Below are positions 1 to 9,865 of a stretch of DNA of 64,000 bases, in pieces (position 1 is the first letter of the stretch; every line of letters starts with the position of its first letter). The position numbers and the translations under genes are program-made. The notes beneath the pieces are model-generated. The model ran no database searches, was not told the DNA's origin, and saw only the letters and a program-made list of their open reading frames with translations. The stretch comes from Candidatus Bathyarchaeota archaeon (lineage in GTDB: Archaea; Thermoproteota; Bathyarchaeia; Bathyarchaeales; Bathycorpusculaceae). The DNA is taken from contig CAVZIW010000003.1 of the NCBI GenBank assembly GCA_963775465.1, forward strand, positions 288,001 through 352,000, in the 5' to 3' direction.

Positions 1-1
1 C

Positions 2-349
2 TGCGGCATGAAATATGACCAACCCTATCTGGACAAGATCTTTGAGCAGGTAAAAAATGCGGCTTACAAGATAATTGAATTAAAAGGCAGCACCTATTAT
101 GCCATAGGTTTGGGCTTGACCCGAATCGTAGAAAGCATTGTCCGAGACGAAAACACAATTCTAACTGTTTCAAGCCTAATGAATGACTACTATGGGGTCA
201 GCGATGTTTGCTTAAGCGTTCCAACAATAATTAATAGACATGGCATTGCTCAAACAATTAGACTACCGTTAGAAGACAGCGAAATTAAGATGCTTCAAAA
301 TTCAGCATCTGTTTTGAAGAAAGTGATACACCCTTTGAACATTGGCTAG
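2..349 (+). CDS. ldh: L-lactate/malate dehydrogenase family protein, C-terminal part (5' end outside window)
   Basis: AAYKIIELKGSTYYAIG and ...DVCLSVP...G motifs typical of the LDH C-terminal domain. Confidence 0.85.
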   Translation, partial: CGMKYDQPYLDKIFEQVKNAAYKIIELKGSTYYAIGLGLTRIVESIVRDENTILTVSSLMNDYYGVSDVCLSVPTIINRHGIAQTIRLPLEDSEIKMLQNSASVLKKVIHPLNIG

Positions 350-363
350 CTGGAACGCAATTT

Positions 364-2451
364 ATGAAGAAAGAAAATCACAGTATGCATGCTGGAATGC
401 AACACGAAATGCCAAAGGAAAGCATGAAGGGAATGCAGCATGACGCCTCAATGCATATGATGCATACTGGAATGTTCAAGAAGCGTTTCTTTATCTGCCT
501 TGTTTTCACTATTCCTGTTCTGCTTCTCTCCCAAGCTATTCAGACTTGGTTTCATTACTCCCTTTCCATCCCCTTCCAAAGTTACATATTGCTGATTTTA
601 GCCACAATTATTTATGTTTACGGCGGTTGGCCCTTTCTTAAAGGACTAACTCAGGAGATAAGAAAGCTACAGCCGGGAATGATGACGCTAATAGCAACGG
701 CAATATCTGTAGCTTTCTTCTTTTCCGCAGCCACGGTCTTCTTCCCGGTTGGTAGTGATTTTTTCTGGGAACTGGCAACTTTGATTGATGTGATGCTTTT
801 TGGACACTGGATAGAAGCTAGAAGCGTTCTGGGTGCTTCCAGAGCTCTGGAAGAGCTTGTGAAGATAATGCCTACAATGGCGCATGTTGTGGTCGGTGGA
901 GACATCAAAGATGTGCCCTTTTCTGAGTTGAAGGTAGGTGACCTAATTCTAGTTCGTCCTGGAGAAAAGATACCATCAGACGGCATAGTTACTGATGGAG
1001 AATCATACGTTAATGAAGCATTGCTGACTGGCGAATCTAAACCAGTTCATAAAATGAAAGGAAACAAGGTTATTGGCGGCGCAATAAACGGAGATGGAGC
1101 AATCAGAGCCAAGATTGAGAAAACTGGAGAAGAGACTTATTTGGCTCAAGTAATAAAGCTCGTGAGGCAAGCCCAGGAAAGTAGGTCTAGAACCCAAGAC
1201 CTCGCTAACAGGGCAGCTGCCCTTCTGTTCTATGTTGCTGTCTCGGTGGGGGTAATAACTTATGGGGTATGGGCATTGCTGGGAAATGCACAATTCGCGC
1301 TAACACGTACCGTTACAGTTCTCGTTATAGCATGCCCGCATGCGCTTGGCTTAGCGATACCTCTAGTCGTTGCTCTATCAACCTCAATAACCGCGAAAAG
1401 TGGGATCTTAATCAGAGACAGAAAAGCCTTCGAAACAGTCAAAGACGTGAATGCAGTAGTTTTTGACAAGACCGGAACTCTCACAACAGGTCAATTTGGT
1501 GTAAGCGATGTGGTCTCGTACATTTCGGAAGATAAGCTTTTGCAGTTTTCTAGTTCGATTGAGAAGAATTCTGAACATATTATCGGAAAAGCAATCGTAA
1601 ATTATGCCAAAGAGAAAGAAATCAAGATTCCTCAAGCAAAAAGCTTCAAAGCTATTCCAGGTAAGGGTGCGGAAGGAATGGTTGAAGGCAAGAAAGTGTA
1701 TGTTGGAAGCCCCAGCCTTCTAAGCGAATTGAAAATTGACCTAAACGACCAGAAAGTTCTTGCGTTACAAGAAGACGGTAAAACAGTAGTTTTCACTGTT
1801 GTCGATGGAAAACTTGCTGGCGCTTTTGCTTTAGCCGATACGATACGTGAAGAGTCTCGTGCAGCAATCAGTAACTTGAAATCGAAGGGGGTAAAAGTTT
1901 ACATGTTAACCGGCGATGCTGAAGCAGTTGCGAAAGGCGTTTCAAAGGAACTTGGGATTGATGATTATTTTGCTCAGGTCCTTCCAGATCAGAAGGCTGA
2001 CAAAATAAAATTCTTAAAAGAGAAAGGTTACCGTGTTGCCATGGTTGGCGATGGCATCAATGATGCTCCTGCTTTGGTTACTGCTGATGTTGGCATTGCA
2101 ATTGGCGCCGGAACTGATGTTGCGATTGAGAGTGCAGACATTATTCTTGTGAAGAATGATCCTAGGGATGTACCCAAAGTAGCTGACCTATCCAAGAAAA
2201 CTTATTCCAAGATGGTGCAGAATCTCTGGTGGGCTGCAGGCTACAACATATTTGCAATACCATTAGCTGCAGGCATTCTAGTCAATTTTGGGGTAGTTAT
2301 TGATCCAGCGGTAGGTGCGATTTTGATGTCTTTGAGTACTATTTTAGTGGCAATCAACAGCCAGACACTGCGGAGATATGAACCTAAAACCGAAATGTCA
2401 ATGGACAAGTCACCTAATCATCAACACGATACGGCGTCAAGTATGCATTAA
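364..2451 (+). CDS. copB: Heavy-metal P1B-type ATPase, CopB (P1B-3) type
   Basis: His/Met-rich N-terminus, TGES, CPHALGLAIP, DKTGTLT, MVGDGINDAP, YN and MSLS motifs. Confidence 0.92.
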   Translation: MKKENHSMHAGMQHEMPKESMKGMQHDASMHMMHTGMFKKRFFICLVFTIPVLLLSQAIQTWFHYSLSIPFQSYILLILATIIYVYGGWPFLKGLTQEIRKLQPGMMTLIATAISVAFFFSAATVFFPVGSDFFWELATLIDVMLFGHWIEARSVLGASRALEELVKIMPTMAHVVVGGDIKDVPFSELKVGDLILVRPGEKIPSDGIVTDGESYVNEALLTGESKPVHKMKGNKVIGGAINGDGAIRAKIEKTGEETYLAQVIKLVRQAQESRSRTQDLANRAAALLFYVAVSVGVITYGVWALLGNAQFALTRTVTVLVIACPHALGLAIPLVVALSTSITAKSGILIRDRKAFETVKDVNAVVFDKTGTLTTGQFGVSDVVSYISEDKLLQFSSSIEKNSEHIIGKAIVNYAKEKEIKIPQAKSFKAIPGKGAEGMVEGKKVYVGSPSLLSELKIDLNDQKVLALQEDGKTVVFTVVDGKLAGAFALADTIREESRAAISNLKSKGVKVYMLTGDAEAVAKGVSKELGIDDYFAQVLPDQKADKIKFLKEKGYRVAMVGDGINDAPALVTADVGIAIGAGTDVAIESADIILVKNDPRDVPKVADLSKKTYSKMVQNLWWAAGYNIFAIPLAAGILVNFGVVIDPAVGAILMSLSTILVAINSQTLRRYEPKTEMSMDKSPNHQHDTASSMH

Positions 2452-2489
2452 CTAACTAATGTTGCAAAAGGCGCGTTAAGAGCACACTA

Positions 2490-2760
2490 GGTGAAAATGC
2501 AAAATTGGCAAAATTATTCTGGTTAATAGAATTTACGGAAAAATGTAAGTACTTTCCTGAGCCCAGCTCAAAATATATTTTCAAAGTGCTATCTGAAAAA
2601 ACTTCACTATACCGTTTATATCCTGAAAAGAAAAGTCACAAATATCGCCAAAGGACCAATTGACAGCCGAAGCTTCAAAGAACTCAACTTACAAGTTGAC
2701 GTTATGCCTCAAGTTACATTTTCGAGAAAGCATTGGTGCCGTTAGCAGAATTTTTGGTGC
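2490..2760 (+). pseudogene. Probable decayed uroporphyrinogen-III synthase (HemD) C-terminal remnant
   Basis: Frameshifted reading gives ...IAKGP(I/L)TAEA/SKELNLQVDVMPQ..., resembling the HemD C-terminal AIGPxTAxALxExGxxVDVMP motif; boundaries approximate. Confidence 0.4.
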
Positions 2761-2952
2761 ATTTCCTTCGACACTCTTCTGTATTTTTTATGAATAAATT
2801 TGCTTTTATGCTTTAAACTAGGCCAACAAAAGAGAATAGTTAGATCCAGCCTCTTTCACGACAGCAGAGTTGTCTAATGCAAGAGGAGCTAGTAAGAGGA
2901 TGGCAAGTCTTAAAAGCTAAATAGCCAAACTAAAGCTAAGCAGGTTGGCCAT

Positions 2953-3294
2953 ATGGTAGTTGAAAAAACAATACAGAAAGTTCCAGTGTTGTCTTTTGCG
3001 TTAATGTCTGCATGCATCGGCGCTGTCATTGGAATAATTGTTGGCATATTCTATGCTGTAACCTTTGGCATAATCCTCTCATCTATCCCTTCAGCCTCAA
3101 GTTCTGCTACTGTTATTCCAAGTGTGTTTGGTCTTTTCTTAGGTATTGGAGCCATAATAGTAGTTCCCATAGTGGCTTTTGTTGGAGGCTTAATCCAAGG
3201 GGCAATAATTGCATTGGTCTACAACTTTCTTGCACCAAGAATCGGCGGCATCAAAGTACAATTCAAAGAAGACAACCCAACAATCAGTACTTAG
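2953..3294 (+). CDS. Small two-TM membrane protein (DUF3566-like)
   Basis: Two hydrophobic segments; ends YNFLAPRIGGIKV. Confidence 0.7.
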   Translation: MVVEKTIQKVPVLSFALMSACIGAVIGIIVGIFYAVTFGIILSSIPSASSSATVIPSVFGLFLGIGAIIVVPIVAFVGGLIQGAIIALVYNFLAPRIGGIKVQFKEDNPTIST

Positions 3295-3973
3295 CATCAT
3301 ACCCTCTTCTTTTTTCTCTAACGATGGGAACCACAAACTCCAAAACAACAAGCAATAATATTATTCCGATGACTAATGGCAGGGCTAAAGAATTTTGTTT
3401 CATCAGAAGTGTTACCCAACCAAGTAATGGGATACGCATAATGACTCTGCCTTCGATAGCACCGGTAGTGACTCCTTTACCTGTATGCCAGATTGTGTGA
3501 GAATCCCAATCGTTCTCTGAAGGGATGGCTGGATACTTAACACTCGGGTTTCCGTCACCTTTAGTTTGGAAATATAATGTTCCGTTAATTTTTTGAACTT
3601 CAACTATACGGTGGACAATCGGAGTCCCCGTTGGGTCAGTAGGGGGTTTGTAAACTATGATATCGCTGTTAGGGTAATTCGTGTTCAAGTCTTTTGGGTC
3701 AACTTTTTGAATAACAATTATGTCGCCTGTGTCGAGAGTTCTATCAAAGGGATGTTCTATAGTTAAAAAGAAATCGCTCAGAGAGTATGGTGGTCCCTTT
3801 ATGAAGTTAAGAGTAAGACTCATGCTGCCGCTTTCAACTACCCTAAAAGGAACAGAAGTGTTCAAACCTAATTGTAAACCAAAGTAAGAACTGATAATTA
3901 TACCAACAATTAGAAAAATAACTATGACAGATTTAAAGTGGACATTATGTAGGATCCTGCTTATGCTATTCAA
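3284..3973 (-). CDS. Signal peptidase I (archaeal Sec11/SipW, S26 family)
   Basis: VVESGSM catalytic Ser, GDIIV, IVHRIV, TKGDGN; N- and C-terminal TM helices. Confidence 0.88.
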   Translation of the reverse strand: MNSISRILHNVHFKSVIVIFLIVGIIISSYFGLQLGLNTSVPFRVVESGSMSLTLNFIKGPPYSLSDFFLTIEHPFDRTLDTGDIIVIQKVDPKDLNTNYPNSDIIVYKPPTDPTGTPIVHRIVEVQKINGTLYFQTKGDGNPSVKYPAIPSENDWDSHTIWHTGKGVTTGAIEGRVIMRIPLLGWVTLLMKQNSLALPLVIGIILLLVVLEFVVPIVREKRRGYDAKY

Positions 3974-4056
3974 CTAATTCCCTTAAAACAAATATCTTTT
4001 TATGTTATTTATAAAGAAACATCTTAAAAAAGTGTATAACTTTTCAAGCGACAGCG

Positions 4057-5559
4057 CTAATCGGTTGCATAAATGATTTTTCCGTATTTGCCAGCGACAG
4101 GGTATGAAGAGTCATTGTAGACAATGTCTAAGTGCATACCGTAAGTTGCCAGTGCACTCTGCAGACTGTTCCAGACTTGCGGTGATGTTGTATCTGCCTG
4201 CCAGAGTCCCCATATGTTGTCTTGTGGGTTACGCATTCCCCAACCATAATTCTGGGGTAAAACAAGAGCCGCCTCTGCTTCGATACCGCCATTAACTACA
4301 CTTTGATTGTTAATCGTGTCAGTCCATAACTTCTGGAGCGCCTCAAAATGCTCCTCCTGCAGGGTGCCGTAAGGATTATTGGCTGGATAGGTTGGGTAAT
4401 TGAAGACTACAAGGTATTTTGCGCCTGCTTCATAGGCTTGGTGTAGTTGGTTATAAATTTCTTCTCCGCTGCCTAAGTAGGGGCCGTATTGTCCATTTGG
4501 AAAATTAATGCGTTCTGGATACGTATATTTCCATGTGATGATTGCGCCCCAATCTTTACTCTGCATAGATGCGGCTCCACGCGACAAAGCAATATCCTGG
4601 GTGGTAGTATGGTTCCAGCCTAGCTCTGCAAACACAACGTCATAGCCACCTTTGTAATCGTACCAGTAGAGTGCATAATCAGAGGTGAACGCTTTCGAGG
4701 TTGTCTGGCTGTGTAGCCAGCTGGTGCTGTTTTGGATTGTGCCAACAAAAATCTGTGCTGTTTCATCGTAGTTCTGGAAGGGCTTTGCTGCCATTATCTG
4801 TTCGTACGAATCAATTTTTGGAAGGATACTGGTGTCGTTTAGTTGTGATGCTATATTGCCGTCATTATCGAGTTGAAAGACTGCTCCGTCAGGTTGAATA
4901 ATATAATCTGTATACTCTAAGTGGCCACTTGAGTTTTGATCTCCTAACTTAATTTGAATTGTTCCGTCTGTGTTATAAGATATACTAGTATTGGCAGTTC
5001 TTACATGTACGTAACCATCGTTGGCAAAAAATAGGTGTGTACCGTTCTCCTCAGTAACTTCTATTGCTTGAGCTTTTCGAATTATGCTATGCGTTTCTGG
5101 GTTGTACATGTTAACATCTATTGCATCAAGCATTTTGCCGCCTGGTTCATCGTCGAAATAGATGCCTAACAGATTGTTGCCCCATACATTGCTAGTTGAA
5201 AGAAACTCGTTGATGTATTGCCTGTACGTTGGCACTGCGCTGAAATAAACAATAATGTGAAGTCCATTGTCGACTGCGTAGCGGCAAATGGTGTTTGTGG
5301 CGTCAATATTTTTTTGGAGGTTGCCAGATTGTAGGATAAAGAGGTTGGTGTAGTTTTTGACTTTGTCGATTAGCATTTTGGCTTCGGTTACATTCTCACC
5401 GCAATAGGTTACACCGATATAGACTGATGCGTCTGGCAGCGGCTGAGTTGGTTCGTTGATGCTGTTGCCTGCGAAGAGACCGCTGTTGAATAGAAAAAAA
5501 GAGGCTAACAGAACGGCTGCAATAGCTAAAACGGCTGAAACAGCGACTAATCTTCTCAA
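4057..5559 (-). CDS. Secreted or membrane-anchored hypothetical protein, possibly glycoside-hydrolase-like TIM barrel; paralog of 6082-7449
   Basis: N-terminal signal/TM; shares DEPGG, FTSDYALYWYDYK, KDWGAIITW, GAKY and IWG.WQAD blocks with 6082-7449. Confidence 0.75.
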   Translation of the reverse strand: MRRLVAVSAVLAIAAVLLASFFLFNSGLFAGNSINEPTQPLPDASVYIGVTYCGENVTEAKMLIDKVKNYTNLFILQSGNLQKNIDATNTICRYAVDNGLHIIVYFSAVPTYRQYINEFLSTSNVWGNNLLGIYFDDEPGGKMLDAIDVNMYNPETHSIIRKAQAIEVTEENGTHLFFANDGYVHVRTANTSISYNTDGTIQIKLGDQNSSGHLEYTDYIIQPDGAVFQLDNDGNIASQLNDTSILPKIDSYEQIMAAKPFQNYDETAQIFVGTIQNSTSWLHSQTTSKAFTSDYALYWYDYKGGYDVVFAELGWNHTTTQDIALSRGAASMQSKDWGAIITWKYTYPERINFPNGQYGPYLGSGEEIYNQLHQAYEAGAKYLVVFNYPTYPANNPYGTLQEEHFEALQKLWTDTINNQSVVNGGIEAEAALVLPQNYGWGMRNPQDNIWGLWQADTTSPQVWNSLQSALATYGMHLDIVYNDSSYPVAGKYGKIIYATD

Positions 5560-5767
5560 ACCATGCTCTCTCTATGATGGCATAAAGAGCATTTTTTATA
5601 AACTTTTGTAATAATTTGCTCGGCAAGTTCAGATTGCTGGTCCAGTTGGTGTTGAAGTACATTTACTGCAACCTAAAACACGCTAATAATGTGACCTTTC
5701 TTTTTTAAAATGCAGGGTCCATTAAGCTTTAAACAAAGATTCCTATCGAGGTCAAAGAAATTAACGC

Positions 5768-5995
5768 TTATTTTTCACATTTCTTACAGTTCTTTACGCC
5801 CACAAAAAAACCAAATAAGGCTCCGCACAACAGAAACGTGAAGGTAAATGAAATCGGAGTATAATCATATTTTAAGATTATTTGAATATCAACATAAATG
5901 CCGAGAAGCATGAACCCTACGGCAAACAGCAAAACAGCGCTAAGAACAATCAAAGCCTTACGCGCATTTTTGTTAATATTGACCAATGCGGGCAC
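5768..5995 (-). CDS. Small two-TM membrane protein
   Basis: 75 aa ORF with two hydrophobic helices. Confidence 0.5.
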   Translation of the reverse strand: MPALVNINKNARKALIVLSAVLLFAVGFMLLGIYVDIQIILKYDYTPISFTFTFLLCGALFGFFVGVKNCKKCEK

Positions 5996-6081
5996 TTCTT
6001 TATGATCATTCTTGAACGTTTAATGTCTTTGGTTCAGTTTGGTTATAAAGTTTTGCAGTCAATCTTTTAGGAAGATTTTTT

Positions 6082-7449
6082 ATGCGGCCTTATGTTAAAA
6101 TAATGTTCGGGGGATCAAGCATTACGAAAAGTAAACAGTTCGCTTTAGTTGTCGTTGCTTTTCTGGTTCTTCAACTCTTTTTCCCTAATGTTTTCGTGGC
6201 GAATAGTCATGCCAAGACAACCCCCAATATCTACTTTGGCGTTGACATAGCCTATGGATCCACCGCCGAAGCAAAGGCAGAAATCGACCAAGTCAGCAGC
6301 TACACAAACATAGTGGTATTTGGAAGCACTCAAGTGACTTGGTTCCAGAACAGAGTAAACGAAACTTACCAGTACGCGTACGACAGAGGCTTGTCAATCA
6401 TAAGTTTGCGCCCATCTCTTTTCCGATATAGTACCACAGAATTGAACGAGACTGAATGGTTTCAGGCAGCTCAAAACCGGTGGGGGGACAGTTTGTTAGG
6501 GTTTTACATTATGGATGAGCCAGGCGGAAGACAGATAGACGGCACCCAAACTTTCACGTGGAACAACTACACGGGTACTCCGAGCAGTTATTCTGAGGCG
6601 GCAAACATGTTTACTTCGGGAATCTCCAATTTCTTAACCAGCCAAAAAACACCATCCTACTACAAAACCTTCACATCTGACTATGCACTTTACTGGTACG
6701 ATTACAAAGCAGGCTACGACACAGTCTGGACGGAATTAGGCGGAAACAACAGTCAACAAATAAACATTGCACTCTGCAGAGCAGCAGCTCAAGCCCACAA
6801 CAAAGACTGGGGCGCCATAATTACTTGGAGTTATACGAACGATCCTTGGATTGAAAACGGCACTCAACTCTACGAAGATATGCTCTTAGCCTACGATAAT
6901 GGGGCAAAATATGTCATTGTTTTTGATAGCGACGAAAACGGTCACAGTATCCTTCAAGCAGAGCATCTTGAAGCTATGCAGCGCTTCTGGAACTACGTTC
7001 AAAACAACCACCCCAAAAACAGCTATCTCAAAAGTGAACGGGTCGCCTATGTTCTTCCAGACGCTTACGGTTTTGGTTTTCGATGGCCAACAGACCATAT
7101 TTGGGGCATATGGCAAGCCGATGAACTCACAGCAAACATCAGCCTTAGCATCGGTACACTCCTAAAGCAGTATGATGAAAAACTCGACATAATATATGAT
7201 GACCACCTGCAACAAGGAACTAATGGATATAGCCAACTCCTCTACTGGAACGCATACGACCCAACACCTTCACCTTCACTCTCACCAACACTCTCCCCTA
7301 CTCAACTTCCAACGAATAACACCGGGCCAGAACCGCCCAAAATAGAGTTATTTCCTACCACACTTGTGGTCACTGTTTCTGCAGCAGCAGTCGCCTTAGC
7401 GGTTACTAGTTTTTTGATCTACCACAAAAAAACAAAAGTGAAGGTTTAG
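6082..7449 (+). CDS. Secreted hypothetical protein with Pro/Thr/Ser linker and C-terminal TM anchor; paralog of 4057-5559
   Basis: Signal peptide, shared conserved blocks, PTPSPSLSPT linker, TM followed by basic tail. Confidence 0.8.
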   Translation: MRPYVKIMFGGSSITKSKQFALVVVAFLVLQLFFPNVFVANSHAKTTPNIYFGVDIAYGSTAEAKAEIDQVSSYTNIVVFGSTQVTWFQNRVNETYQYAYDRGLSIISLRPSLFRYSTTELNETEWFQAAQNRWGDSLLGFYIMDEPGGRQIDGTQTFTWNNYTGTPSSYSEAANMFTSGISNFLTSQKTPSYYKTFTSDYALYWYDYKAGYDTVWTELGGNNSQQINIALCRAAAQAHNKDWGAIITWSYTNDPWIENGTQLYEDMLLAYDNGAKYVIVFDSDENGHSILQAEHLEAMQRFWNYVQNNHPKNSYLKSERVAYVLPDAYGFGFRWPTDHIWGIWQADELTANISLSIGTLLKQYDEKLDIIYDDHLQQGTNGYSQLLYWNAYDPTPSPSLSPTLSPTQLPTNNTGPEPPKIELFPTTLVVTVSAAAVALAVTSFLIYHKKTKVKV

Positions 7450-7500
7450 TCAAGAAATCTTGACGGACCCTCTGAAAGAGTTAGTCAATAAAGTTTGACG
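7446..7500 (+). promoter_or_regulatory. Tandem palindromic boxes TTAGTCAA-N6-TTGAC
   Basis: GTCAAGAAATCTTGAC (7449-7464) and GTCAATAAAGTTTGAC (7484-7499), directly upstream of the AT-rich promoter region of the 7538 ORF. Confidence 0.6.
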
Positions 7501-7537
7501 AAAAAGCTCTTATTTGTTTGAATTTTAGGTTGAGATT

Positions 7538-8410
7538 ATGAAAACAACGATTCTAGTTGCGGCTGCTGTCGTTGCTGTTCTGATTTTTGGAGTATTATCC
7601 TTAAGCTACTACCTTACTCCTGAACCCCATGTTGAGATAACGAGTTTTAACTCGGCAGGGACATCGTCTGGTTCCAGTTATGGCATCGTGAATATATGGT
7701 TTGTTTTAAACCTGACCAATAACGGGACAGGTGACGTCGAGAACCTAACCATCACTTTTAGCACCAACACAACCGTTGAAAGCAACCAACAAATAATATA
7801 CACCAATTCTACACCTCCATACGATCACATTGTTGAATTTGAGATGGGGGAAACGTGCCTATTAGGGGACCTCAACGCAGGGGAAACAAAAGGTTTCATG
7901 TTCTGCTGGACTGTTAGCTTGGATTTTGATGCGCCTCCCTTAACTGCCACCTTAAAATCTAATGAGGCAATATTGGACCAAGCAACAGTAACAATTCCAC
8001 CAATACCCAATGTTAAGATAACCCATTTTGTCTACACGGGTGTTTTTCATGGTACCAAACTTGGTCCTATGCTTGATTTGTTCTCTTTGAGCTATACTAA
8101 TCTTGGAACAACTGATGTCAAAGACTTGACGGTTACTCTCAATACCTGCAAAACTACTGAAAATTACACAGACCCATATGACCGTCATAACATCCCCGGA
8201 TATAATCCATACGACTTTCTTGATGAAACTGTTAATGGAGAAACCTATTTATTAGAAAGCCTCAAGGCAAAGGAAACAAAAAACTTCGAGAAGACATATT
8301 CTCTGCAAGGTGGGTTCTTGTTAGTTCAGCCTTTTGCCCTTACTGCCACCTTAAAAGCCAATGACACAATCCTAGACCAAGCAACAATAACGATTTCCTA
8401 TAACGGATAA
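7538..8410 (+). CDS. Membrane-anchored protein with two tandem CARDB/Ig-like domains
   Basis: N-terminal TM; internal duplication (NxGTxDVxxLTxT...LTATLKxNxxILDQATxTI twice), also visible at DNA level. Confidence 0.75.
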   Translation: MKTTILVAAAVVAVLIFGVLSLSYYLTPEPHVEITSFNSAGTSSGSSYGIVNIWFVLNLTNNGTGDVENLTITFSTNTTVESNQQIIYTNSTPPYDHIVEFEMGETCLLGDLNAGETKGFMFCWTVSLDFDAPPLTATLKSNEAILDQATVTIPPIPNVKITHFVYTGVFHGTKLGPMLDLFSLSYTNLGTTDVKDLTVTLNTCKTTENYTDPYDRHNIPGYNPYDFLDETVNGETYLLESLKAKETKNFEKTYSLQGGFLLVQPFALTATLKANDTILDQATITISYNG

Positions 8411-8499
8411 CCGTTTAAAACCACCGTACTAATTTCTTGGATTCGACAGATCTAAGTTATCTATCCGCGACCTATTGTTGGTATTGTTTGTTTTTTTTG

Positions 8500-8612
8500 A
8501 GTGATATTGAGACAGGCAGAGACAGATGGACTGACAGACATTATTCACGGGGGCGTGCGTGTGAGTAAGAGTAAAGATTAAATTTTAATTTTTAATCCAA
8601 CGACTCAAACTA
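8500..8612 (+). repeat. Dispersed non-coding repeat, copy 1
   Basis: GACAGACA...TTCACGGGGGCGTGCGTGTGAGTAAGAGTAAA (8544-8575) then GATTAAATTTTAAT; matches 19200-19332 directly and 9610-9820 inverted. Confidence 0.85.
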
Positions 8613-8616
8613 TCAA

Positions 8617-9525
8617 TCAGGGTTTGGTTCCATAACAGAATATAACATCGTCCGTTATCCGCGTGACTTTCTTTTTTTCAAAGTAACTTCGAGTCTTCTC
8701 AGAATCTGCAACAATTTTATCCGCAGGAAATTTTGAATACCAATATGAAGCTGATATTGCAGCAAAAAAATCGTACGCTTGTCCACCAGATAGGAAATCA
8801 TTCCGCCATATCGCCCTAAATGTTCTTGTGTTTGTGAGCCCAGCTTGAGTAAGCATGTTTTCAATTTCAATGTCTGTGCGTGGCCACCATTCCATTCGGT
8901 AACCAAGGACGTACCTTTTAGTTATGGCTCTGAGGCTAGCGTCTATTGCTTCCCAGTAATGTTCAGGACCATGTGCTCCAACAGAAACTAACCCGCCAGA
9001 ACGCGTAACCCTTGCCATCTCAGCAATCGCCTTCCCTTGATCAGGCAACAAGCCCAAGGTCATTCCCGTAATCGTAACATCAAATGTGTCTTTCTCGAAG
9101 GGCAATGATTCCGCATCAAGTTGGCGAAAAACAACTCGTTCTTCGTTGTATCCTTCAGAGGTCGCTTTTTTTATGGCTAAATCAAGCATGTACTGTGAAA
9201 TGTCACCACAGACCACTCTTGAAGCTCCGTTTTCTAAAGCGATTAATGATGAAACACCAGTGCCACAACCAACATCCAAAACCTCTTTCCCTTGGAAATC
9301 TATTTCATCTAACTGCATGCGGGCAGATTTGAGCTGAAATGCTAATCCGAGATCATCGTATTTTTCAACATGATTAGAAAATGCACCATTATACCCTTGT
9401 TTTACCCGTTCCTTCATAGCAGTCGTATTCTTAACATTTCCACTCATCCATGCTATTGCGTTGCTAAAATTAACCAATAACATCATTGATTTTGTGAGTT
9501 TTCCCGTCCAAAATATTGGAGGCAT
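8617..9525 (-). CDS. Class I SAM-dependent methyltransferase (UbiE-like)
   Basis: VLDVGCGTG, GDIS, DAESLPFEKDTFD, EMARVTRSGG. Confidence 0.88.
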   Translation of the reverse strand: MPPIFWTGKLTKSMMLLVNFSNAIAWMSGNVKNTTAMKERVKQGYNGAFSNHVEKYDDLGLAFQLKSARMQLDEIDFQGKEVLDVGCGTGVSSLIALENGASRVVCGDISQYMLDLAIKKATSEGYNEERVVFRQLDAESLPFEKDTFDVTITGMTLGLLPDQGKAIAEMARVTRSGGLVSVGAHGPEHYWEAIDASLRAITKRYVLGYRMEWWPRTDIEIENMLTQAGLTNTRTFRAIWRNDFLSGGQAYDFFAAISASYWYSKFPADKIVADSEKTRSYFEKKKVTRITDDVIFCYGTKP

Positions 9526-9609
9526 GTTTTTTTGCTTCCTTTAGACTTAAACCTAACTTTTACTATCGGTGACTTTCAATATAAAACTTAATCATTCTAA
9601 TCTGCATTA

Positions 9610-9820
9610 TTGCGTATACTCGATTCTTATTATATCTATATGATTTATTCTTCTGCGTATCTCTTGAATCCTGTATACTGCCTTATTCCTTTAGCTACTA
9701 AGCCATGGTGGTGGATTAAAATTTAGTGCTCTCTCTCTTTTGCTACTGCATATGTACGTTTACTCTTACTCACACACAAGCCCCCGTGAATATATATATT
9801 GTTTGTCGATCTGTCTATCA
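9610..9820 (-). repeat. Dispersed non-coding repeat, copy 2 (longest)
   Basis: TTTACTCTTACTCACACACAAGCCCCCGTGAA (9759-9790) is the reverse complement of the copy 1/4 core; 9613-9740 aligns with 13224-13360. Confidence 0.85.
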
Positions 9821-9865
9821 CTCCAACAAGTATGGTATCCTTAAAGAACCCGAGGGTAGCAAAAC

